Shown: positions 10,030 to 18,119 of the stretch, piece after piece
Layout: every line of letters starts with the position of its first letter
Numbering within the stretch: the stretch's first letter is position 1
DNA from: Planctomycetota bacterium
GTDB taxonomy: Bacteria > Planctomycetota > Planctomycetia > Pirellulales > Pirellulaceae
Length of the DNA stretch: 44,567 bases
Direction of reading: 5' to 3'
Assembly (NCBI GenBank): GCA_041178745.1
Contig: JBEGUT010000001.1
Location: 1 to 44,567, forward strand
The notes under the pieces: model-generated
Databases searched by the model: none
The model's input: the letters and a program-made list of their open reading frames with translations, nothing else
What the model was told of the DNA's origin: nothing
Made by a program: the position numbers and the translations under genes

Positions 10030-10168
10030 GAGTTCCACGCGGTGCGAGTCAGACGCTGGATGGAAGTTGTGGCGGTGTGGCTAGCGAGAGTGCAGTGACA
10101 TCGGGCCTATCGTTTAGACTTTAGAGGTCAGGCCAACGAGCGAATATTGGGGTGTAGAAATAAACGAA

Positions 10169-10220
10169 GCCGATACCTAAGGGCTCGTGAGAGCTGGCTT
10201 AAGTATCGGCCTTGTTTTTC
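10169..10220 (+). terminator. Long hairpin plus T-tract (intrinsic terminator, possibly bidirectional)
   Basis: GCCGATACCTAAG...CTTAAGTATCGGC (13 bp, one mismatch) encloses an inner GGCTC-GTGA-GAGCT stem and is followed by CTTGTTTTT. It lies between convergent genes. Confidence 0.65.
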
Positions 10221-10590
10221 CTATCGGCTGTTGGCGGCAAAAAATGGAGCCGCTGCGAGAATGGCGAAAGTCGGGCGTGCTACTGCACTTGCCCTTATTG
10301 ACCTTGGCCAACGCAAGTTTTTGGTCCCTCTGCCGAAATGACAGCCTACAGGATCGTGCGGGTACATTCACCCCGCTTCTGTATCATAGACCAGAGTGAA
10401 CTGGTCGCAAGGTACATCGGAATTCAACCACGGCGACTTTCGCTAAATTTTACAATTATTTGATTGGACAAATGGTTTATCGGGCTTGGTATTGCAGTGG
10501 TTGCATCTTGAGTGAAACCAAAGAAAAATTTCTTTGACAAACTAAAGAAAATATTTTCTTCGATTTACGCTGCGGGATGTTTCGATATCG

Positions 10591-11796
10591 CTAGCGATGG
10601 CACAGAGACACCACCGCATTGATCAAGTGATCCATATCGGATTTTCCGTGATAGAGATGGCAAGAGACACGGATGAGATATCGCCCTTGGAAAAAAATAA
10701 TCGGAACTTCGATGCGATAATGGTCCCATAACTGCCTTTGTAGATTGCTCCAATCTCCATCAGGCAGCCAAACTGCGGCCATCCAGCCGTAGAGTGAGTT
10801 GGCTGAGGTATCTGGCACGATGGGAGTGGTACCAAGTCGTTCAGAGAGTTGTTTGCGCACGTAGTCTGCGAGTTGATGATTTCGTTTTCGAAGTCGATTC
10901 AAGTCGAATTGACTAAAGAAATCGACCGCTGTCGGCACGCTCAGGTAAGGGCTGTAATCGCGTGTTCCGACCCAAATTTGGTGATCGGTCCAGTGTCGTA
11001 GTTCGCCCGGTGGGAGGCGACCCCAACTGATTTCAAAAGGTACTGCGAGTGCTTGCCACTGCGGTGCAATATAGGTGAAGCCGCTTCCCAGAGGAGCGCT
11101 GAGCCATTTATGGCAACTCGCGGTATAGAAATCACATTTCAATTGATCGATACTCAGCGGCAATTGGAGAATGGTGTGAGGACCATCAACACAGACTGCG
11201 GCGCCGCTGCGATGGGCCAGTTCAGTAAGTTCAGCAATCGGCAAAATCATAGCTGTCGGTGAAGTGATTTGGCTGAGGATGAGTAGGCGAGTTTGTGGTG
11301 AGATTGCCTTTCGATAGCGGTCGATGATTTCATCGTGAGATTCGATTGGAAACGATAGATCCATTTCGCGATATGATCCACCGGTCTGTCGGCAACGGCG
11401 TTGCCATATTTTTTTTACAGCGCCGTATTCATGCTGGTTGAGAAGTACTTCTTCACCCGGTTTCAACGGAAAGAAGCTGGCGATGTGATTCATGCCAGTC
11501 GTGGCACAAGTGCAGAAGGCGAGATTCTCAGGATTGGTTCCAAGGAATGTAGCGAGTTTTTCGCGAGCAGCCCACCAGGCAGGTTCAAGCTGCCGGAGAT
11601 AGAAGTCCATCGGATTGGAGGTGCAGCGCAGGCTCCATTGATCGCGATCCTGAAGTACCTTGCGAGGCGATAAACCGAAAGCTCCATGATTTAGGTAGAG
11701 TATATTGGGATCTAGATCCCAGGGTTCGCGATAACCGACGCTCCAGTCGTCGAGGACCTGGTTTAGCGAATTTGGTGTGAACGAGAACGAATTCAT
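10591..11796 (-). CDS. Class V aminotransferase-fold PLP enzyme (isopenicillin-N-epimerase / cysteine-desulfurase-like)
   Basis: LNHGAFGLSP near the N-terminus and the PLP-lysine context YTASCHKWLSAPLGSGF; 401 aa. There is a 4-nt overlap with the upstream regulator gene. Confidence 0.8.
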   Translation of the reverse strand: MNSFSFTPNSLNQVLDDWSVGYREPWDLDPNILYLNHGAFGLSPRKVLQDRDQWSLRCTSNPMDFYLRQLEPAWWAAREKLATFLGTNPENLAFCTCATTGMNHIASFFPLKPGEEVLLNQHEYGAVKKIWQRRCRQTGGSYREMDLSFPIESHDEIIDRYRKAISPQTRLLILSQITSPTAMILPIAELTELAHRSGAAVCVDGPHTILQLPLSIDQLKCDFYTASCHKWLSAPLGSGFTYIAPQWQALAVPFEISWGRLPPGELRHWTDHQIWVGTRDYSPYLSVPTAVDFFSQFDLNRLRKRNHQLADYVRKQLSERLGTTPIVPDTSANSLYGWMAAVWLPDGDWSNLQRQLWDHYRIEVPIIFFQGRYLIRVSCHLYHGKSDMDHLINAVVSLCHR

Positions 11797-12467
11797 GATG
11801 GGTGAGTAGTTTCAATGAGGACCATGATTTTTTCGGCGACATCGAAAGAAAGGATTGTGTTTCGTCCATCGATATGAATCTGCACGATGCGCGCCAGCGG
11901 ATCGCTTTGGATAATGTCCCCTTTTGCGTGTGGGATTAGACCATGTTCATGAAGATAGCGAAGAAAGTCAGCCGCTTGTTCCGTGACACGCTGGATAGTA
12001 ATCGAAGTTCCTGATGGACATGCAGCAAGACTGAGTTGGCTAGCGACTCCCACAGTTCCGTCCGCTTTCGGAATCGGATCGCCATGGGGATCGAAAGCGG
12101 GATGGCCTAAAAAGTGGTCGATTCGATCAATAAGCAAGTCACTGACAGCGTGTTCCATATTCTCCGCTTCTTCGTGCACTTGATCCCAAGTGAGATGAAG
12201 GGTTTGAACTAGGAATAATTCGATCAGTCGATGTCGACGAAGCACACGAAGAGCGAGTTGTTGTCCTTTCTCTGTTAGAGTTACTCCGCCGTATGGCGTG
12301 TAATCTGCGAGATCGCTTTCGCGCAGCGTTTTGAGCATGCTGGTGACAGAGCCGGGTGAAACTTGCAGGGCCGTAGCGATAGCGCCCGTAGTAGCTGGCT
12401 CGTGGTCTTTATCCAAGCACAACAGATAGATGGCTTTGACATAATTCTCTACTGTCAGGCTTGGCAA
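11793..12467 (-). CDS. DtxR/MntR-family metal-dependent transcriptional repressor with a C-terminal FeoA/SH3-like domain
   Basis: N-terminal ENYVKAIYLL wHTH, metal-site region VHEEAENMEH and a C-terminal FeoA-like domain; TTG start. Confidence 0.85.
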   Translation of the reverse strand: MPSLTVENYVKAIYLLCLDKDHEPATTGAIATALQVSPGSVTSMLKTLRESDLADYTPYGGVTLTEKGQQLALRVLRRHRLIELFLVQTLHLTWDQVHEEAENMEHAVSDLLIDRIDHFLGHPAFDPHGDPIPKADGTVGVASQLSLAACPSGTSITIQRVTEQAADFLRYLHEHGLIPHAKGDIIQSDPLARIVQIHIDGRNTILSFDVAEKIMVLIETTHPS

Positions 12468-12600
12468 GGGACCGATCTCCCGGAATTCATTTCGCGAGGA
12501 AGGTGTTAGGATGGTGGAGAATCATTGTAAAGTGATTTTGTAGATTCTACTACCTTCGACGACGGTCAATCACTGGATCAAATTTCTCTACCAAGATGGG

Positions 12601-12620
12601 CTAAGGCTGGAAAACCTTAG
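12601..12620. promoter_or_regulatory. Candidate operator: inverted repeat CTAAGG-N8-CCTTAG between the divergent DtxR-family gene and mch
   Basis: Read directly. The outer half-sites TAAGG/CCTTA resemble the ends of the DtxR-box consensus (TTAGG...CCTAA). The inner part does not match. Confidence 0.25.
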
Positions 12621-12716
12621 AAAAGGCTTGTATTAGCAATTCTGTTCCGTGGAACTCGCACCAGAGCCTTGGCAGGGGGATCGACATCGGGAAGAATGGA
12701 GGCCAAGGAGTTAACT

Positions 12717-13661
12717 ATGTTATTGATTAATCAGCATGCAACCGATATGTGCGACGTGGTACGTGCGGAGCAGGACGAACTGCGAGTCAGCCTGCATCGA
12801 TTACCTTGTGGAGCAGAGGTTTTCGACTTTGGTGTAGCGACGCTCGGCGGCATTGTCGCCGGTGAGTGGCTGGCTGAAATCTGCATGGCTGGAAGAGCCG
12901 AAGTTCATGTGTTGTCAGGCGAACGCGCGATTTGGCCTGGGCCTTGGGTGCAGGTGACCAGCGATGATCCGGTGGTGGCATGCATGGCATCACAATATGC
13001 CGGCTGGCCTGTCAAAGTCGGTGAGTATTTTGCGATGGGTTCCGGTCCGATGAGGACCAAGCGAGGAAAGGAGCCTGTCTTACAGACGTTGGGTTTTAAA
13101 GATACATCGACAGGAGCGGTTGGGATTCTGGAGGCAGATCAGTTGCCATCGGATGATGTAGCAAAGGCGATCGCTGAGGAGTGCGGAGTTGCACCGGAGC
13201 ATCTGCGATTGTTGGTAGCTCCGACACGCAGTCTAGCTGGAGTAATTCAGGTTGTAGCAAGAAGTGTCGAGACAGCCCTTCACAAACTCTTTGAACTTGG
13301 TTTTCCATTAACTGCCATCAAGAGCGCACACGGAATCGCGCCGCTTCCTCCGCCGGCAAAGGATTTTGTCAAAGGAATTGGTCGTACGAATGATGCGATT
13401 CTGTATGGCGGACTGGTAACGCTGTATGTCGATATCGAGGATGAAAAGATCAAAGAGGTTGGTTCGCGAGTTCCGAGCCTATCATCGCGAGATTTCGGCG
13501 CTCCATTCGCTGAGATTTTCAAGAAGTATAACTTTGATTTCTATCAAGTTGATGCGGGCCTCTTTAGTCCAGCAGAGGTTTGTTTTTCGAATTTGCGTAC
13601 CGGTCATAGTTTTCGGTATGGAGGACCACGAGCTGATCTGATTGCAAAATCGTTCACCTGA
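12717..13661 (+). CDS. mch: Methenyl-tetrahydromethanopterin cyclohydrolase
   Basis: Conserved Mch blocks ACMASQYAGW, MGSGP, APTRSLAGVIQVVARS, GRTNDAILYGG, PFAEIF..DFYQVD..LFSPAE. ATG 12717 is preceded by AAGGAG at a 6-nt spacing and is preferred to TTG 12669. Confidence 0.9.
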   Translation: MLLINQHATDMCDVVRAEQDELRVSLHRLPCGAEVFDFGVATLGGIVAGEWLAEICMAGRAEVHVLSGERAIWPGPWVQVTSDDPVVACMASQYAGWPVKVGEYFAMGSGPMRTKRGKEPVLQTLGFKDTSTGAVGILEADQLPSDDVAKAIAEECGVAPEHLRLLVAPTRSLAGVIQVVARSVETALHKLFELGFPLTAIKSAHGIAPLPPPAKDFVKGIGRTNDAILYGGLVTLYVDIEDEKIKEVGSRVPSLSSRDFGAPFAEIFKKYNFDFYQVDAGLFSPAEVCFSNLRTGHSFRYGGPRADLIAKSFT

Positions 13662-13669
13662 GAGGCGTT

Positions 13670-14581
13670 GTGAGATTCTGCATTCTTGGTTCTGCCGAAA
13701 ATTGGTTTGTTCGCGATCTTCAGCGTGCTGCCGCCGATCATGAGGTCGAAGTGTGTGCGTTTGATTCTCTGCAGGCAAAATTTGTCCCGTCGATGATGCG
13801 AGGCGATGCATCGACAGGCTGGGAGGTGTGGGGAGGTCAGACACCGATCCATGAAATGGATGCTCTGTTTGTCAGGACCATGCCTCTGGGAACCTTGGAG
13901 CAAGTCGTTGTCCGAATCGACACGCTCCATATGTTGCAGCAAGAGGGAGTGGAGATCGTAAATCCACCGCGAACGCTCGAAATCGCGATCGATAAATGGC
14001 TAACACTTTACTCCTTGCGGGATTTGGGAGTCAGATTACCACCGACTATTTGTTGTCAGCAACGAAGTCAGGCGATGGAGGCCTTCGAGCAATTGGGTGG
14101 CGATGTCGTAGTGAAACCGATTTTCGGTGGCGAAGGACGAGGTATCATGCGGGTCAATGACCTCGATATGGCTTGGCGCGTCTTTAGTACGTTGGATCAA
14201 CTGCGTCACGTTGCCTATCTGCAGAAGTTCCTTCCACACTTTGGTTACGACTTGCGATTGCTGGCGATTGGCCGAAAAGTGATCGCAGTGCGTCGAGAGT
14301 CTCATGGTGATTGGCGCACTAACATCTCGCGCGGCGCGACGGCCGTAGCGGTTGAACCGACTGACATGCAGATTCAATTGGCGCATCGTATCATGGATCG
14401 AATGCAGGCGACCGTGCTGGGAATTGATCTGTTGCCTGCTCAGGATGGTTCGGAGTATTTGCTCGAAGTCAATGCGGTTCCGGGGTGGCGTGGGACGGCA
14501 GAGGCGACAGGGGTTGATGTTGCAAGTGAGATTGTTCGAGAAACTGTTGAGCGAATCGAACAACGCAAGGCTAAAGGTTAG
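13670..14581 (+). CDS. RimK-type ATP-grasp ligase (H4MPT/methanofuran-cofactor glutamate-ligase-like, MptN/OrfY-type)
   Basis: 303 aa, GTG start 8 nt after the mch stop. ATP-grasp blocks VVVKPIFGGEGRGI and LLEVNAVPGW. Adjacency of such a gene to mch is a known arrangement in methylotrophs. Confidence 0.75.
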   Translation: MRFCILGSAENWFVRDLQRAAADHEVEVCAFDSLQAKFVPSMMRGDASTGWEVWGGQTPIHEMDALFVRTMPLGTLEQVVVRIDTLHMLQQEGVEIVNPPRTLEIAIDKWLTLYSLRDLGVRLPPTICCQQRSQAMEAFEQLGGDVVVKPIFGGEGRGIMRVNDLDMAWRVFSTLDQLRHVAYLQKFLPHFGYDLRLLAIGRKVIAVRRESHGDWRTNISRGATAVAVEPTDMQIQLAHRIMDRMQATVLGIDLLPAQDGSEYLLEVNAVPGWRGTAEATGVDVASEIVRETVERIEQRKAKG

Positions 14582-14587
14582 GGGCTG

Positions 14588-16282
14588 ATGACTGCAAGTT
14601 CTACAAGTCATAACGTGGTAGCTCGCTTGACGGCGATGGCCGCTGTGCGCCCCGATCATCTTGCGATCGCCGTTCCGCGCGGCTCGAAGAAGCTTGGTAC
14701 GAAACGTCCATACGATCTGTTGTCGTTCAAGCAATTGGAAGATCGTTCGTCGGCAATTGCGGCGGGGTTGGTGAAGCGGGGGCTTAAGTCGGGTCAGCGT
14801 ATCGCTATGTTGATTCCGTTTAACGCCGACTTTATCACGGTAGTTTTCGGGCTGCTGAAGGCTGGTGCTGTTGTCGTGCTGATCGATCCAGGTATGGGGC
14901 GAAAGCATTTGGTGCGCTGTCTGGAAGAGGCGAAGCCTGATGGCTTCGTGGGAACCCCTTTGGTTCATGTGATTCGCAGCGCGCTTGCCAAACGATTTCC
15001 TCGATCGCCAATGTTAGTCACAACCAAACGTTTGCTCACTTGGCCAAGTTGTCCGACATTGGCAGAGTTAACGCAGGCATCACTTGAGGGGTTTAAGCCG
15101 TATCAAGCTTCGCTGGATGATATGGCGGCGATCATTTTTACAACGGGAAGTACGGGGCCGCCCAAGGGAGTGCGATACACGCATCGCATGTTCAATCGAC
15201 AGATCGATCAGATCGTGGAGCGATATGGAATTGAACCGGGTGGCAAAGATCTTTCCGGGTTTCCATTGTTTGGATTGTTCAATGCGGTGATGGGGACGAC
15301 GACCATCATACCGGACATGAACCCAACGCGTCCTGCCGCTGTGGATCCAGTGAGGTTTCTCGATGCTCTGGACCAATGGGAGATCAATCAATCGTTTGGC
15401 TCTCCAGCTTTGTGGACAGCCGTTGGAAAATATTGCGAGGAAACAGGTCGCAAGATGCCAACTCTACGGCGAGTTCTTTCGGCTGGCGCACCGGTACCTC
15501 CGCGTGTCCTGTCTTGGGTGCGGGCAGCGATGGCAAGTGATGGGTGTGTTTTTACGCCCTACGGCGCAACGGAAGCTTTGCCAGTAGCCTCGATCGAATC
15601 GCGCGAGGTGCTTGAAGAAACATCGATACGTTCGCGTGTGGGTGCGGGGACTTGTGTCGGTCGACCTTTTAGCGGCATCCAGTGGAAGGTTATTGAAATC
15701 GACGATGGTCCTGCTACGACACTGGTCGACGTTCGTGAATTACCTACGGGGCAGATTGGCGAGTTGATGGTTTCAGGCGATGTGGTGTCGCAGCAATACG
15801 AAACGCGTGGTGACCAAAACGCATATCACAAAGTATTTGATGGTGAGCGGTATTGGCATCGCATGGGTGATGTTGGTTACCTCGATGACTTAGGAAGATT
15901 CTGGTTCTGCGGTCGCAAGTCACATCGTGTTCGTACTGCGAGAGGCGTTCTTTTCACGATTCCTTGCGAAGCAATTTTTAATTCACATCCGAGCGTTCAT
16001 CGATCTGCCTTGGTCGGTTTCGGTGAATCGGGTAAGCAGACTCCGGCCGTAGTCGTTGAGGTCTGGGCTAAGTCTCGAAAAGACTATAGGTCAGCCGTGG
16101 CGAAAAAGAATCTTGTCGAGGAGTTGCGATCACTGGCGGCCGCTCATTCACATACGCGTGATATTGAACATATTCTTATCTACCCAGGATCTCTGCCGAC
16201 CGACATTAGACATAACGCGAAAATATTTCGAGAGAAGCTCGGTCCTTGGGCAGAGGTGCAAATTAAGTCAAAAGGGGATTAG
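14588..16282 (+). CDS. ANL-superfamily adenylating enzyme, OleC (beta-lactone synthetase)-like
   Basis: AMP-binding signature IIFTTGSTGPPKGV, PYGATE, MGDVGYLDDLGRFWFCGRKSHRV. It also has DLSGFPLFGLF..IPDMNPTRPA, SAGAPVPP and a C-terminal DIRHNAKIFREKL, which I associate with OleC. ATG lies 6 nt after the previous stop. Confidence 0.65.
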   Translation: MTASSTSHNVVARLTAMAAVRPDHLAIAVPRGSKKLGTKRPYDLLSFKQLEDRSSAIAAGLVKRGLKSGQRIAMLIPFNADFITVVFGLLKAGAVVVLIDPGMGRKHLVRCLEEAKPDGFVGTPLVHVIRSALAKRFPRSPMLVTTKRLLTWPSCPTLAELTQASLEGFKPYQASLDDMAAIIFTTGSTGPPKGVRYTHRMFNRQIDQIVERYGIEPGGKDLSGFPLFGLFNAVMGTTTIIPDMNPTRPAAVDPVRFLDALDQWEINQSFGSPALWTAVGKYCEETGRKMPTLRRVLSAGAPVPPRVLSWVRAAMASDGCVFTPYGATEALPVASIESREVLEETSIRSRVGAGTCVGRPFSGIQWKVIEIDDGPATTLVDVRELPTGQIGELMVSGDVVSQQYETRGDQNAYHKVFDGERYWHRMGDVGYLDDLGRFWFCGRKSHRVRTARGVLFTIPCEAIFNSHPSVHRSALVGFGESGKQTPAVVVEVWAKSRKDYRSAVAKKNLVEELRSLAAAHSHTRDIEHILIYPGSLPTDIRHNAKIFREKLGPWAEVQIKSKGD

Positions 16283-16288
16283 ATCTCT

Positions 16289-17098
16289 ATGGATCTCAAA
16301 CTAAAAGGACACAAGGTACTCGTTGTCGGAGGAGCGAGCGGGATCGGTTTGCAAACGGTTAAGTTGTTGCTGGAGGAAAAAGCTTGCCCGATCATTTGGG
16401 ATATTAAGTCCGATGTCGCTCAAATCGCCGAGCAACTTGCGTCAGAATTTCATGGTGAATGTCGCGGCTTTCGTGTGGATGTGGCGAGTCGAGAAAGCGT
16501 ATCAAGTACCACTGAAGAGACCAAGAAGCATATAAGTCAATTTGATCATGTGGTTCACTGCGCAGCGATAGGTAGCGGTAAGTATGGATTTCCGTTTTCA
16601 AATCTTCAGCCGGAGGATTGGGATCGTTGTTTGCATTTGAATGTTATGGGGATGGTCTATGTTGCGCATGCTGTTACTCCGATGGTGAAAGCGAAGCACT
16701 TTGGTTGCATGGTGTTTCTTGGGTCGGTCGCGGGGCAGATCGGATCGCAAACGGATCCTCCTTATAGTGCCGCTAAAGCTGCGAACATCAATTTTGCGCA
16801 GTGCTTGGCGAAGGATCTAGCGCCGCAAGGCATTCGCGTGAATACGGTGAATCCAGGTATGGTTCAAACACCACTGAATCGAAGTGTTTGGCAAGCATGG
16901 CATGATGCGCAGCCAGAGAATCAGCGGTTGACTTATGATCAGTGGGCTGGGGAAAAAGTAAGCCGCGTGGTGCCATTGGGGCGTTGGCAAACGGTTGAAG
17001 ATATCGCCAACATGATTGTCTTTTTGCTCAGTCCTCGCGCTGGTAATGTGACCGGTCAGACGATTAATGTCGATGGTGGCTTTGTTATGCACTGGTAG
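16289..17098 (+). CDS. Classical short-chain dehydrogenase/reductase (FabG-like)
   Basis: VVGGASGIGL cofactor motif, catalytic YSAAKAA, NTVNPGMVQTP; ATG 6 nt after the previous stop. Confidence 0.85.
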   Translation: MDLKLKGHKVLVVGGASGIGLQTVKLLLEEKACPIIWDIKSDVAQIAEQLASEFHGECRGFRVDVASRESVSSTTEETKKHISQFDHVVHCAAIGSGKYGFPFSNLQPEDWDRCLHLNVMGMVYVAHAVTPMVKAKHFGCMVFLGSVAGQIGSQTDPPYSAAKAANINFAQCLAKDLAPQGIRVNTVNPGMVQTPLNRSVWQAWHDAQPENQRLTYDQWAGEKVSRVVPLGRWQTVEDIANMIVFLLSPRAGNVTGQTINVDGGFVMHW

Positions 17099-17164
17099 CG
17101 CAGAATCAATCGAACAATTTCTTAAGGTGTTTCTGATATCACTTAGCGGGTTATGTATGCAAAG

Positions 17165-17533
17165 CTAGTTGTTCGGGAGTTTTTCAATCCACAAGCGTAG
17201 TAAGGATTCGAGTTCGCGCCCTTCTTCGATCGCTTTTTGACTGCGGAGATGATCTGCGATCTGCTGGTGAGAGAGTCCGAGTTTCTGCAGTTCTTCGCGG
17301 GCGTCATGCCAAGTGGGGAGCCAAACCATGCGACGTTTCATTTCTTCGGTTGTGCCGGTGTAGCGTAGGAAATGCTGCAGGTCGAGAATGAAGAAGACAT
17401 GCGGTTGAAAAGGAGATGTGTGGTGAAACACGTGGTCATCGTCGAGAACGAACTGTCCAGGGGTCGGATTCCAAATGGTATTGCGACTTTTAAGTGTTCG
17501 AGCTAGTTCGATTTCAAGATCTGTGAAGTGCAT
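17165..17533 (-). CDS. Hypothetical protein
   Basis: 122-aa ORF with protein-like composition; no motif recognised. Confidence 0.45.
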   Translation of the reverse strand: MHFTDLEIELARTLKSRNTIWNPTPGQFVLDDDHVFHHTSPFQPHVFFILDLQHFLRYTGTTEEMKRRMVWLPTWHDAREELQKLGLSHQQIADHLRSQKAIEEGRELESLLRLWIEKLPNN

Positions 17534-17660
17534 GTTTGGTAGTTCCCGGTGTTTCTTTTCGTTGATAGGCAGGCGATTGTTTTTTTAGCGGCCGATCATC
17601 GACGGTTGCGATTTAGCGACTTGCGTGTTTTATCGACGATAAATTTTAGCGATGCGGCAA

Positions 17661-18119
17661 TCACTGTTTTGCGTTCTTGAGCCAATGAAGTAATTCGCGG
17701 AGATTGCGGGGATTCTGGCCTAGATCCCCTTTTCCTATCCGCGACCGGCTTATGGCGTTGACCATGGTTCCTTCTGCGGTAGAGGTTAACGTGACATAGA
17801 TGTCATCGCTGAAGCGGAGTAGGGCGGTTGTGCGGACCAGATGGATCTTGCGCGCTGAGGGATCGATCGTCGAGGAATCGATGAAGCTCCAAAGTGGGAG
17901 TTCGGACGGGAGGCGGCGAAGCGAATTTTCCAGGGCATCGGGGGTGGCGGAAGAAGTCCAGGTTCGCAGCCTTTGGTCCTTGGCAGCGGGAGATGTTTCG
18001 GCCACATTGGTGGAGAGGTCGCGCGACCAATCTTCGATGTATGAAAAAATCCAAACTGTGATCGCTACAGCTACAATGGCCACAGCGATACCGATCCAGC
18101 GAAAGAGGTCTGTTGTCAT
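17661..18119 (-). CDS. DUF1499-family protein with an N-terminal membrane anchor
   Basis: N-terminal TM (WIGIAVAIVAVAITVWIF) and a C-terminal RFSDDIYV...SRSRIGKGDLGQNPRNLRELL block typical of DUF1499. Confidence 0.65.
   Translation of the reverse strand: MTTDLFRWIGIAVAIVAVAITVWIFSYIEDWSRDLSTNVAETSPAAKDQRLRTWTSSATPDALENSLRRLPSELPLWSFIDSSTIDPSARKIHLVRTTALLRFSDDIYVTLTSTAEGTMVNAISRSRIGKGDLGQNPRNLRELLHWLKNAKQ

Noticed and set aside
10147-10399. Three overlapping 64-70-aa ORFs in the convergent intergenic region
   Set aside because: They are mutually exclusive, lack an RBS or any motif, and overlap a strong terminator hairpin (10169-10220), so the region is more likely 3' UTR or intergenic.
17800-18117. 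106-codon N-terminal extension of rarA given in the ORF track
   Set aside because: The extension is antisense to the well-supported DUF1499 gene and has Arg/Ser-rich, low-complexity composition. The conserved RarA N-terminus (PLAARMRP) begins right after ATG 18118.
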